Shown piece by piece: positions 1 through 8,312 of a DNA stretch of 32,000 bases (its first letter is position 1; every line of letters begins with the position of its first letter). The DNA is from Candidatus Methanophagaceae archaeon (GTDB lineage: Archaea; Halobacteriota; Syntropharchaeia; Alkanophagales; Methanospirareceae). Location: contig PQXB01000001.1 in assembly GCA_003194425.1 (NCBI GenBank), positions 1,112,728 through 1,144,727 on the forward strand. Reading direction: 5' to 3'. The notes under the pieces were generated by a model. It was not told where the DNA came from. It made no database searches and saw nothing but the letters and a program-made list of their open reading frames with translations. Both the position numbers and the translations under genes were made by a program.

Positions 1-30
1 AGGAAAAAGAGAAAAGGAGAGTGAGTTAGG

Positions 31-543
31 ATGGAGAATGAGTCAAGACAACGGACAGAGTGGGCAACCCCCCGCTTGGGTGCCATAGGCAAAGGTGGGA
101 GCGTGCTACAAGAAAGGGTGGCACCAACTGTGGAACTACCCTTTAGAACTGCTGCTCATAACAATTGTAGGCTTCGTCATTTCTCCCCCCTCTCACGGCT
201 TCTCTGCTGCTAAAGAGGTGGAGGGAGCGGGGGCTTATTTTCTCTCCATTTTTGCTTTAGCCTACACGCTTCTGCTTGTCTGGCCCGTTGGCTACGGCAT
301 TTCGTTCGCCTACCTCAAAGCAGCCAGAGGCGAGCAGCCGAGTGTCAAAGATGTGTTTGACGCGCTTTGACTGTCTTTTTCATCGGCTTGCTGGGAATTC
401 CTGTTATCTTGGCAGGACTGCTCTGCTTCGTTGTCGGAGTTGTTGTGGCACTTGTGTGGATTCAAATCGCCTCCGCTTCGCTCTACCTCGCAGTAAGCGA
501 AGAAAAAAGTAAAGATTTAAAAAGGCAGCCAGACAAAGAGTAA
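31..543 (+). pseudogene. Frameshifted polytopic membrane protein gene (DUF975-like by eye)
   Basis: ORF 95..370 (GACYKKGWHQLW...YLKAARGEQPSVKDVFDAL) stops at TGA 368-370. A different frame, open from 361 to TAA 541-543, continues as a plausible membrane C-terminus (FFIGLLGIPVILAGLLCFVVGVVVALVWIQIASASLYLAVSEEKS). A second frame change near 90-100 is possible. Confidence 0.35.
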
Positions 544-548
544 GCGAA

Positions 549-1895
549 ATGGCGAAGAAAATAACCTCAGCGGACCTGGAGGAGCGGCTGGAGAAGCACG
601 AAGTGGTGGAGTTGGATGGGGTAGAGATAAAGGGCGATTTGGAGTTTGAATTGTCCGCGGCGGGCGGTGTGGCTGTTCCTCCTTCAGTGCTTCAGCAGGC
701 ACTGCAGTCCGTCTTGGGCGTGCAGTCGTTGGCGCAGGTGGCTCAGGCAGCACTGCAGTCCGTCTTGGGCGGCGGCGTGCAGGCAGGTACAGGCGAGACA
801 GAGACAGCGAGGAAAATAGAGGCGCAGGAGTTAGCGACGGCGAGGTTTGAAGTTGCGAAGGCGAAGTGGGTGGGGAAGGTAGAAGAGGTTACACTTGGTG
901 CTACTTCGTCGGACGGTGGCACGAGGGAGAAAGTGGTGAAAATAGGGGGCGAGAAATCGCTGCCGTTCTACAACTTCGACCACAAAATGCCGCACGCACC
1001 AGTGATTTCGGTGGACTGCTTTGACATCCCAATTCCGCTTGCGAAGGCGGTGCGGGGGCACTACGAGGATGTGATGCAGGACCCGGGGGAGTGGGCGAAG
1101 AAGAATGTGCGTGAGTTCGGCGCGGATATGGTCACGATTCACCTAATCAGCACCGACCCGCTGATAAACGACACGCCGGCGCGGGAGGCGGCGAAGACTG
1201 TTGAAGAGGTGCTGCAGGCTGTAAAAGTTCCGATTGTCATCGGCGGGTCGGGGAACCCAGAGAAAGACCCCGCGGTCTTGGAGGCTGCTGCGGAGGCTGC
1301 CGAAGGCGAGCGGTGTCTAATCGCGTCTGCGAACTTGAATATGGACTACAAGCGAATAGCGAACGCGGCAAAGGAGCACGGACACACAATTCTCTCGTGG
1401 ACGCAGCTCGACATAAACGCGCAGAAGACGCTGAACCGCTACCTCTTCAAACTCGGCGTGCCACGGGAAGACATCGTGATTGACCCGACGACCGCGGCAC
1501 TGGGCTACGGTCTGGACTACGCGTTCACTAACATCGAGCGGATGCGAATCTCGGCGCTGAAAGGGGACACTGATTTGGCGTTCCCGATTTCCTGCGGCAT
1601 TACGAACGCGTGGGGTGCGAGGGAGGCGTGGATGAAGAATTCGCCGATTGCCGAAGACTCAGACTGGGGACCGGCGGCTTACAGGGGTCCTTTGTACGAA
1701 ATTATGACTGGGCTGACTCTGGGGGTTGCGGGCGGGGACTTGTTTATGATGATGCATCCCAAGGCTGCGGCTGCGGTCAAGCGCGTGACGCAGATGCTGT
1801 TTGGTGCTGCTGCGAAGGAGGGGGCGGAGGCGGGGGCGGAAGAAGAGGGAAGGAAGATAAAAGTAGAGGATTGGGTAAGTTGGGGCGGTCGGTGA
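549..1895 (+). CDS. cdhD: Acetyl-CoA decarbonylase/synthase complex subunit delta (corrinoid Fe-S protein small subunit)
   Basis: 448 aa. Matches my recall of the CdhD family: MAKK N-terminus, GGEKSLPFYNFD, HLISTDP, SWTQLDINAQK, IDPTTAALGYGLDYAFTNIERMR, FMMMHP. Confidence 0.9.
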   Translation: MAKKITSADLEERLEKHEVVELDGVEIKGDLEFELSAAGGVAVPPSVLQQALQSVLGVQSLAQVAQAALQSVLGGGVQAGTGETETARKIEAQELATARFEVAKAKWVGKVEEVTLGATSSDGGTREKVVKIGGEKSLPFYNFDHKMPHAPVISVDCFDIPIPLAKAVRGHYEDVMQDPGEWAKKNVREFGADMVTIHLISTDPLINDTPAREAAKTVEEVLQAVKVPIVIGGSGNPEKDPAVLEAAAEAAEGERCLIASANLNMDYKRIANAAKEHGHTILSWTQLDINAQKTLNRYLFKLGVPREDIVIDPTTAALGYGLDYAFTNIERMRISALKGDTDLAFPISCGITNAWGAREAWMKNSPIAEDSDWGPAAYRGPLYEIMTGLTLGVAGGDLFMMMHPKAAAAVKRVTQMLFGAAAKEGAEAGAEEEGRKIKVEDWVSWGGR

Positions 1896-1945
1896 ATGAA
1901 AAGGTCTTTTAATTCTTGGCGTGAACGGGCAGAGAGAGGTAGAAA

Positions 1946-3523
1946 ATGAGAAGAATTAGAGCCCCGAAAATCGTGCTGACCGCGGACGAGACAATGATGA
2001 GCAGGTACAGGTGGGGGATTTTCGTGGGCTTCTCTACCTGCCTGCCGCAGGGAATTCTGCCTAACTGGTTCTATTTCAGCGTCTTCTCACCGCCAGTGCC
2101 GCGGAAGGACGGCAGGGCGGTCTACGCCGACTTTGGACTGCGGGTCGTTGAAGCCGTGCTTGCAGAGGAATTTGGCGAGGACGAGGTCGCGGTCGTTCAC
2201 CCTCGCGAACTAGAGAAGGTGGCTGGCGGAGGAGAGAGCAGGACGGAAATAATCGGCGTCAGCGGACACGACTTCTTGGGCATTAACCCGCCGAGCTCGG
2301 AGTTCGTTGACCTGCTCAACACCGGACCACCCTACAACCGCGTTAAGTTCTTTGAACTGATGCAGAAGCCTGTAATGCAGGAGAAGACAGTAGTGGCGGG
2401 CGGAAAAGCGGCGTGGCAGTTGGCTGACGAGGAGACGATGGCACGGCTGAACATTGACTACGTCCACCTTGGCGAGGCGGAAATTACGGTTCCTAAACTA
2501 TTTAGGGGCATTCTTGAGGGCGAGCGGTTACCGAAAATAATAAAAGGAAGAGAGTCGAACGCGGACGAGATTCCAAACATTCGCGGCGCCACAATTCACG
2601 GCTTGGTCGAGATTGCACGCGGCTGCGGAAGAGGCTGCTCCTTCTGCACGCCGGGAATGCAACGACTCCGCTTCAAGTCCGTCGAGCACATTTTGAGGGA
2701 TGTGAAGACAAATATTGAGGCGGGACAGCGTTCAATTTTACTACACGCCGAAGATGTCCTGCGTTACGGCGCCAAAGGGCTGGCGCCGGACGAGGAGCGA
2801 GTTTTGAACCTCTTCAGGCGCGTTGCGAGCGTAGAAGGAATTAAAAGCGTTGGCGTGAGCCACGTCGCCCTCGCTACCGTCTACCACAGCCCAAAGCTTC
2901 TCAAAGCGGTCTCCGAAATCTGCTACTCAACGCTCGACCAAGACTGGCTGGGGGCGCAGACAGGAATAGAAACCGGGAGTGCGAGCCTGATTGCGAGGCA
3001 TATGCGAGGAAAAGCGGCGCCCTCGCCGCCTGAGAAGTGGCACGAAATTGTAACCCAGGCTTTCGGAATTCTCGACGACAACAACTGGTTCTGTGCGGCG
3101 ACAATTATAAACGGGCTGCCGGGTGAGACTGTAGAAGATGTAGTCGCAAGCGTCGAGTTGGTGGAGGACTTGAAAGGGATTTCGTCGCTCGTCGTGCCAA
3201 TGAATTTTGTTTCAATGCGTGGCTCGGGTTTAAATTGCGAAGGAACATTTACGATGGCAAAAATGACGCCCGAGCACTGGCAACTCTTTGGCGCCTGCGT
3301 TGACCACGACTTGAAGGTAACCCCTAAACTCTTGAGCAAATACAAAAATAATAACAAGAACTCCAAAGGCGAGTGCGTCAAGACCTGGCTGCTCAGCACA
3401 GCGGCAAAACAAATGGCGAACGCACTGCGGAAATATGTGGGAAAGATGAAGCGGGGCGAGCCGCCGACTGAACGAAGGGAAGTGAGCAAATGGCTCAACC
3501 CTGAAATTCCTGACATTAAATAA
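1946..3523 (+). CDS. Radical SAM domain protein
   Basis: 525 aa. CX3CX2C cluster motif ARGCGRGCSFCTPG (about nt 2623-2646). Shine-Dalgarno-like (SD-like) agagagg lies upstream of the ATG. Confidence 0.8.
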   Translation: MRRIRAPKIVLTADETMMSRYRWGIFVGFSTCLPQGILPNWFYFSVFSPPVPRKDGRAVYADFGLRVVEAVLAEEFGEDEVAVVHPRELEKVAGGGESRTEIIGVSGHDFLGINPPSSEFVDLLNTGPPYNRVKFFELMQKPVMQEKTVVAGGKAAWQLADEETMARLNIDYVHLGEAEITVPKLFRGILEGERLPKIIKGRESNADEIPNIRGATIHGLVEIARGCGRGCSFCTPGMQRLRFKSVEHILRDVKTNIEAGQRSILLHAEDVLRYGAKGLAPDEERVLNLFRRVASVEGIKSVGVSHVALATVYHSPKLLKAVSEICYSTLDQDWLGAQTGIETGSASLIARHMRGKAAPSPPEKWHEIVTQAFGILDDNNWFCAATIINGLPGETVEDVVASVELVEDLKGISSLVVPMNFVSMRGSGLNCEGTFTMAKMTPEHWQLFGACVDHDLKVTPKLLSKYKNNNKNSKGECVKTWLLSTAAKQMANALRKYVGKMKRGEPPTERREVSKWLNPEIPDIK

Positions 3524-3573
3524 AATAAAAACAAATAAAGGGAATACTAAAAAGAGAAGAGAGGAGAAGTAAG

Positions 3574-4593
3574 ATGAAAGTAGTAAAAGGGGGATATTTT
3601 CCGTATTTGCGTCTCGGCAAAATGAACGAACTCTTGAGGGCAATTCCCTTGCAACTCGTCTCGCAAGTGAACGAGTTCTCCGCCCAGAAGTTAGCCGAAA
3701 CTGTCAAAGTAGGACCGACGACTGCCAGCAACTTTATCGCGACACTGAAATCGCTTGGTTTTGTTAAAGGCAGCAGGAGGTTCAGATTTACCGCAGAGGG
3801 GGACAGTTACGCGATTTTTATAAAAAATCAGGCGGCAGGGGCAGCGGCGGAGGAAGAGGCGAAAAAAGTCTTGCGGCAGCAGGTAGAGAAAATCGAGTAT
3901 CTTCAGGCATTTAAGAAAATGCTCGACGAGAAGCGGCGGCTCACGATTTTTGAAATCGGGGAGCAGATTGTCCTGCGGTACGAGAAGAAATGGAAGAGTC
4001 CGCTGACTTTAAAAACTTACGGTGCGGGCGTTGCGAGCGTTCTCGATTTTGCGGGCTTCGGCTTTTACCGACGCGGTCTCTTAAGTCTCGTGAAGAAAGA
4101 AGTAGAGAGCAGGGCAATGCCTGTCCCTTACCTCAGCGCAGAGAAAATGTTCAAAATTCTAAACCTGCTCTCCCCCTCGGGCGCTGACATTCTCTTTCTC
4201 TCGCAGAACCTCAAGACACAAGAAAGACGGCTGAGTCAGGAGCTGGCGTGCTGCAGGACGCTTGGTTTTGTCAAGCACCCGTCCAGAAATTTTTACGCAC
4301 TGACAAGAGAAGGGAAGGCAATAATTTCGCGGTTCAAGAGCGAGGGCGAACGCAGAGCAGAATTTAGGAGACGACTGCTGGCTTCGCCGTACAAAAGGGG
4401 CGCGACCCAACTGCCGCAGGGCGAGAAAATAACCGTAGAGACGGTCGGTAACCTTTTGGAGACAGTGTACCAGAAGAGGTGGTCGGACTTGACGAAGAAG
4501 ACTTACGCGAAGAAATTCCTGAATTGGCTCAAGTTCGCTGGGATTGTGACGAAACTTGAAGGTGAGAAGGGCTACAAAGTGAGCAGAACCTAA
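3574..4593 (+). CDS. Hypothetical protein with four winged-helix-like modules in A-B-A-B order
   Basis: 339 aa, SD gaggag upstream. A modules end in LGFVK...F..T.EG. B modules carry Y(E/Q)K(K/R)W...T.KTY.....FAG. Each type occurs twice. Confidence 0.6.
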   Translation: MKVVKGGYFPYLRLGKMNELLRAIPLQLVSQVNEFSAQKLAETVKVGPTTASNFIATLKSLGFVKGSRRFRFTAEGDSYAIFIKNQAAGAAAEEEAKKVLRQQVEKIEYLQAFKKMLDEKRRLTIFEIGEQIVLRYEKKWKSPLTLKTYGAGVASVLDFAGFGFYRRGLLSLVKKEVESRAMPVPYLSAEKMFKILNLLSPSGADILFLSQNLKTQERRLSQELACCRTLGFVKHPSRNFYALTREGKAIISRFKSEGERRAEFRRRLLASPYKRGATQLPQGEKITVETVGNLLETVYQKRWSDLTKKTYAKKFLNWLKFAGIVTKLEGEKGYKVSRT

Positions 4594-4637
4594 CCTGAAC
4601 CTAACCTAAACCTAACCTAAACCTAACCTAAACCTAC
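4588..4637. repeat. 11-nt tandem repeat (aacctaaccta, about 4.5 copies)
   Basis: Read directly. It starts in the last codons and stop of the 3574..4593 gene and fills the spacer between two convergent genes. Confidence 0.9.
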
Positions 4638-4660
4638 CGTTTTTGTTTGTCTACGTTTCT

Positions 4661-5239
4661 TCAGCAGGGCAGCAATAGTGGTGCTACCACTGCAGCAACA
4701 GCTGCAACCGCGAGCACAGGCACGAGAATCGCGGCGAGCACTGCGAGAATTGCCATTCCTGGAGAGAGTTCGTGCAGTTCCGCGACGCCGTTAATCCCTG
4801 CAAGAAGGGACAAAATCGGTCCGACAAGAATGTTCGGTCCCGGAAGCCAGCCCAAGACCAAGCACGGCGTCGCACCGTAAGTAACCGCTTTTACGGTCTG
4901 CGTTAGTCCCTTTCTACCACCAAACAGGTGCACCCAAATGTGCAGCCAAACCGAAATGTAGAGCGCGAGAAGAACGCCCGCGGCGACTACTGCCACAAAA
5001 ATCCCTGCACCGAGCAGCGGTCCGAGTGCTGCCGTGCTGACTGGAAACGGCATTTCAGGCAGTTCAACCACTGCCGTCGCGATTGAGACCGCTGCTGCCA
5101 CCACGATTCCAAACACTGCACCGAGCGCTGCCAACAGGCTCAAAAAATACTTAAAAGCGTCGCTGAGACTGTCGCCCTTTGCTGCCCCGAACTGTCTCGC
5201 CGGGTTGAACAAAAATCCCCGTATTTTTCCTAATTCCAT
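4661..5239 (-). CDS. Yip1-domain family integral membrane protein
   Basis: 192 aa. N-terminus IRGFLFNPARQF...SLSDAFKYFL followed by about 5 hydrophobic helices, typical of the Yip1/DUF1282 layout. Confidence 0.65.
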   Translation of the reverse strand: MELGKIRGFLFNPARQFGAAKGDSLSDAFKYFLSLLAALGAVFGIVVAAAVSIATAVVELPEMPFPVSTAALGPLLGAGIFVAVVAAGVLLALYISVWLHIWVHLFGGRKGLTQTVKAVTYGATPCLVLGWLPGPNILVGPILSLLAGINGVAELHELSPGMAILAVLAAILVPVLAVAAVAAVVAPLLLPC

Positions 5240-5404
5240 TTTCGTCGTTCTCCTTTTTCTTCTGCTTTTTCTGCTAAAAAAAGAGTAGCACTATTTAAAG
5301 TTTCCTAATTTTTCACGCAAAAAATAGAAAAATTTATAAGCCCTGCCTCTACAAAAATAATTAATTTAAATAAAAGGAGAAAAATAAAAAAGAGGGAAGT
5401 TAAA

Positions 5405-5518
5405 ATGGTAGAAAGGGTAGAAACGGTAGAAAAGAAAGAAGACAAAATGGAAGTTGTGTTGAAAAATCAGAGGCACCAGAGACTCAAGGGAAAGGGGGTA
5501 TTTAGGAGGGCAGGTTGA
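5405..5518 (+). CDS. Candidate 37-codon upstream ORF / leader peptide
   Basis: ATG 5405 preceded by gagggaag. Product MVERVETVEKKEDKMEVVLKNQRHQRLKGKGVFRRAG. TGA 5516-5518 lies 1 nt before the cytochrome ATG at 5520. Contains a 9-nt x3 repeat (ggtagaaaN, 5407-5433). Confidence 0.2.
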   Translation: MVERVETVEKKEDKMEVVLKNQRHQRLKGKGVFRRAG

Positions 5519-5519
5519 G

Positions 5520-6152
5520 ATGGAAACGGGCGAGAAGGTAATTATTGGGCTGGTCGTAGTGGTGACCCTCGGGGTCGTCGTTGGCGCTGTCGCTGGTGTC
5601 ACGGTTGTGATGCCGAAGATGATGGAGGAGATGCACAAACCAGAGGCTTGTGCCGAGAACTGTCACGAAATGGTGCCTTACTACGACTCGCTGCAAGAGT
5701 CGGCGCACGAAGGCGTAGATTGCCATGAATGTCACAAGCCCCACGGACCCGAAATCTTTATGGTTATGGGACATGCCCTGCACCACGCGGAAGGTATGGT
5801 AGTGGGAATGACAGAAGGTAAGAGTTCCGAAGAGATTTTTGAGGAGATGGCAGAGGAAATAGAAGAGAAACCGCCCGCGTCGCCGAAGAGGGAAATCTGC
5901 GAGGAATGCCACAAGCCAGGAGGCGGCGAAGGTGAAGTCAGGGCTGCGTCAGAGCAGATTGCAGACCCCAAGATTTCGTGCTTCAAGTGCCACTCTTCAA
6001 TCTTGCACGAGGCACACCCGATTGCAGAATACAGTGCTTACGAAAGCCCGGACTACGGCGAATTCAGCTGTGTCGCCTGCCACAACGACCACGATGTGAA
6101 TGTCAAGGAAGAGACCTGTGGCACTTGCCACCCACCGGAGAAACATCCGTAA
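5520..6152 (+). CDS. Membrane-anchored multihaem cytochrome c, NapC/NirT/NrfH-like N-terminal module
   Basis: 210 aa. N-terminal TM helix, then CAENCHEM...Y..L..SAH..VDCHECHKPH, which resembles the NapC/NirT pattern. Five CXXCH motifs plus one CX3CH. Confidence 0.85.
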   Translation: METGEKVIIGLVVVVTLGVVVGAVAGVTVVMPKMMEEMHKPEACAENCHEMVPYYDSLQESAHEGVDCHECHKPHGPEIFMVMGHALHHAEGMVVGMTEGKSSEEIFEEMAEEIEEKPPASPKREICEECHKPGGGEGEVRAASEQIADPKISCFKCHSSILHEAHPIAEYSAYESPDYGEFSCVACHNDHDVNVKEETCGTCHPPEKHP

Positions 6153-6155
6153 TTT

Positions 6156-8309
6156 TTAATTTAATTTATTTCTCCGGTTTTTATTTTTTCCCTGCTCGGT
6201 TTTTCCCTGCTCGGTTCTGAGCTCGCTGCAGAGCAGAAGAAGCATTCCTACAGACATTAAGAGAACCCCTGCCCAGACGAGCCAAATTAAGGGGACTTTC
6301 TTTACGACGACGACTGCGTCTTTTGGCTGAAGTTTTTCTCCGGCTGCTACGCCTGTAAGAGCGTAGAACATCGCGTCTGAACTGGAGTTTGTGGCGTGCA
6401 TTGAAATGTAGAGGTCTCCTGCGAGGCTGGAAAGAATTAAAGGCTCAGAGACCACGCCGTAGTTTGCGTAGTAAGACATCCACAAGGACTCGGGCTGCTG
6501 GGAGGGGGCAGTCCCTCCACCCTCTCCTCCTTCTCCTCCTTCTCCTCCTTCTCCTCCTTCTCCTCCTTCTCCCTCCTCGCCCCCCGCGTTAACAACAACC
6601 AAATCCAGTTTTAGAGCCGAGTGTTCGGGTCCTGCGAAAGAATGCTTTGGGTAAAAAACGCTTCCTGTGCCTGCGTAGGTCGTGAAATTGTGGAATTCCA
6701 ACCTCGTCCCCAAGACCTCAACAACAGAATCGGGGCTCACGAGAATGTTACCGCTCTCTTCTTCCGCCGCGGAACTGACAAAGACGCCTACTAAAATGAC
6801 GACGACTGCGAGGTGCACGAACGTTTTCCCCCACGCCCTCGTGCTCGTCATTGTGCTCGTCCTCGTGCTCGTCCTCGTGCTCGTCCTCGTGCCCGTGCCC
6901 TTCGTGCCGCTGCGAGAACGAGAAGCGACGGCAACCCCTGCACCGGCAGCGAGGAGCAGCGGAAGTCCGAAGTTCGCGAGTGGGTTCGGCGTTGGCTGCC
7001 CCAACCACGCTAAAACCGCCCCTACGCTCAGCACTGCTCCAAGTAACACCACAAAACTCCTCATTTTCTCCCTGTCCCCTCCCTTGCCACCCCAAGCAGC
7101 GGCGGTGTTGCAGCCCAGCAGAGCCGCGACGAAGGCGAGCGTGAACGGGTAGCACCACTTGTTGTAGAATTCCACGCTCGTGGTCAGTGGGTTCTCGGAG
7201 AAGAAGCCACCGAGAATTGGCGCCGCGTCACCGAGAAAGCAGACGAACAGCAAGAACACGAGCGACCAGAACGCTGCAAAAACCGAGACCGAGTAGAGCG
7301 AAGAAGTGTCGAGGTCAAAATTGTAGAGCGGTCGGTTCGCCCTCGCAGCGAGGTAGAAAAAGTAGAGAACGACGCAGAAGCCAAAGCCCAGCAGCACGGG
7401 TTCGACTGGCGACTCTCCAAACGCGTGCACCGACTCTAACAACCCCCCCCGTGTCAGCGCAGTAGCGAAAATAATCATAAAAAAAGTAGCCAGGAGCAGT
7501 AGTTCTCTCCCCAAATCCTTCCTCCCCGCAGGCAAGTGAAAATACGCAGTGAGAGCGAGCCAGGGCAGCAAAGAAGCCGTCTCCACAGGGTCCCAAGCCC
7601 AGTACCCGCCCCACCCCAGCACTTCGTAAGACCACCACCCGCCGAGAGCGATTCCGAGCGTCAGAAACAGCCACGCCGCGTAAAGAGAAATTTTCAGCGT
7701 CCTTCTTTCCGCCCCCTCTGCCCCTCCTCCTGCTCCCCCTGCTTCCCCTTTTTTCATCCCCGCGAGCGTCAGTGCGAACGCGAAGAAGACAAACGCGTAG
7801 CCCAGAAAAACGACCGGTGGGTGAACGAGCACCCAAAAAGTCTGCAACAGCGGGTTTAACCCCGCTCCTTCTGGCGGTGTAAAAGGCAGAATCTCGAACG
7901 GGCTCTTCAGTAGAACGAGGAGGACCAGAAAAATTAGGAAACTGTCCAAGATTTTGTAAGAAGTTGCACGGTTCTCTGCCCCTGCTCCTACCCTTCTAAA
8001 CCTGTACGCGAAATAAAGCAGGGCAAAGACGAACGCCACAAAGAGCATTGACCCGCTGCTACCGATCCAGGGGTCGCCGAGTTTGTACTGAACCGCCAAG
8101 CTTGAGGAACTGTAGGCGTAAACTTCGCTCAACCAGAAACTGTCCGTCACGAACGCAGTCGTGAGCCTGAAGTAGGACGCAACAATTAGCACGCAAGCCA
8201 GAAAAAAGAGTTCCTGCTTCGTTCTCTCTCTCGCCCTCAAGAAGAGCAGAGCAAAATCAGCCAACAGCAAAACACAAGCCAAAATTAGAAAAAAATCACC
8301 TGTTTCCAT
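6156..8309 (-). CDS. ccmF: Cytochrome c-type biogenesis protein CcmF (haem lyase)
   Basis: 717 aa polytopic protein. WWD motif WGGYWAWDPVE, conserved His contexts VLVHPP, AYFH and LLESVHAF. Carries low-complexity insertions. Confidence 0.9.
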   Translation of the reverse strand: METGDFFLILACVLLLADFALLFLRARERTKQELFFLACVLIVASYFRLTTAFVTDSFWLSEVYAYSSSSLAVQYKLGDPWIGSSGSMLFVAFVFALLYFAYRFRRVGAGAENRATSYKILDSFLIFLVLLVLLKSPFEILPFTPPEGAGLNPLLQTFWVLVHPPVVFLGYAFVFFAFALTLAGMKKGEAGGAGGGAEGAERRTLKISLYAAWLFLTLGIALGGWWSYEVLGWGGYWAWDPVETASLLPWLALTAYFHLPAGRKDLGRELLLLATFFMIIFATALTRGGLLESVHAFGESPVEPVLLGFGFCVVLYFFYLAARANRPLYNFDLDTSSLYSVSVFAAFWSLVFLLFVCFLGDAAPILGGFFSENPLTTSVEFYNKWCYPFTLAFVAALLGCNTAAAWGGKGGDREKMRSFVVLLGAVLSVGAVLAWLGQPTPNPLANFGLPLLLAAGAGVAVASRSRSGTKGTGTRTSTRTSTRTSTMTSTRAWGKTFVHLAVVVILVGVFVSSAAEEESGNILVSPDSVVEVLGTRLEFHNFTTYAGTGSVFYPKHSFAGPEHSALKLDLVVVNAGGEEGEGGEGGEGGEGGEGGEGGGTAPSQQPESLWMSYYANYGVVSEPLILSSLAGDLYISMHATNSSSDAMFYALTGVAAGEKLQPKDAVVVVKKVPLIWLVWAGVLLMSVGMLLLLCSELRTEQGKTEQGKNKNRRNKLN
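6186..6215. repeat. 15-nt x2 tandem repeat in the ccmF 3' end (encodes TEQGK TEQGK)
   Basis: ttttccctgctcggt occurs twice in tandem. Confidence 0.85.
6524..6572. repeat. 9-nt tandem repeat (ctcctcctt x5+) in ccmF, encodes (GEG)n
   Basis: Read directly. In frame on the minus strand. Confidence 0.9.
6841..6900. repeat. 12-nt tandem repeat (gtgctcgtcctc, 3 perfect and 2 variant copies) in ccmF, encodes (TRTS)n
   Basis: Read directly. In frame on the minus strand. Confidence 0.9.
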
Positions 8310-8312
8310 TTT

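Noticed and set aside
2923-3534. Long antisense ORFs inside confident genes, for example 2923..3534(-), 7315..7836(-), 8599..9351(+), 12623..13114(-), 15525..16088(+), 24078..24890(+), 29949..30560(+).
   Set aside because: Each lies fully opposite a gene with clear family motifs. The translations are Ser/Arg/Pro/Leu-rich with no recognisable domains, as expected for shadow ORFs.
4588-4637. A telomere or replicon-end interpretation of the TTAGG-like array.
   Set aside because: It has only about 4.5 copies, is internal to the window and is flanked by ordinary convergent genes on both sides.
6524-6900. Whether the repeat arrays could be CRISPR.
   Set aside because: The units are 6-18 nt and directly abutting with no spacers, they lie inside ORFs in frame, and no cas genes are present.
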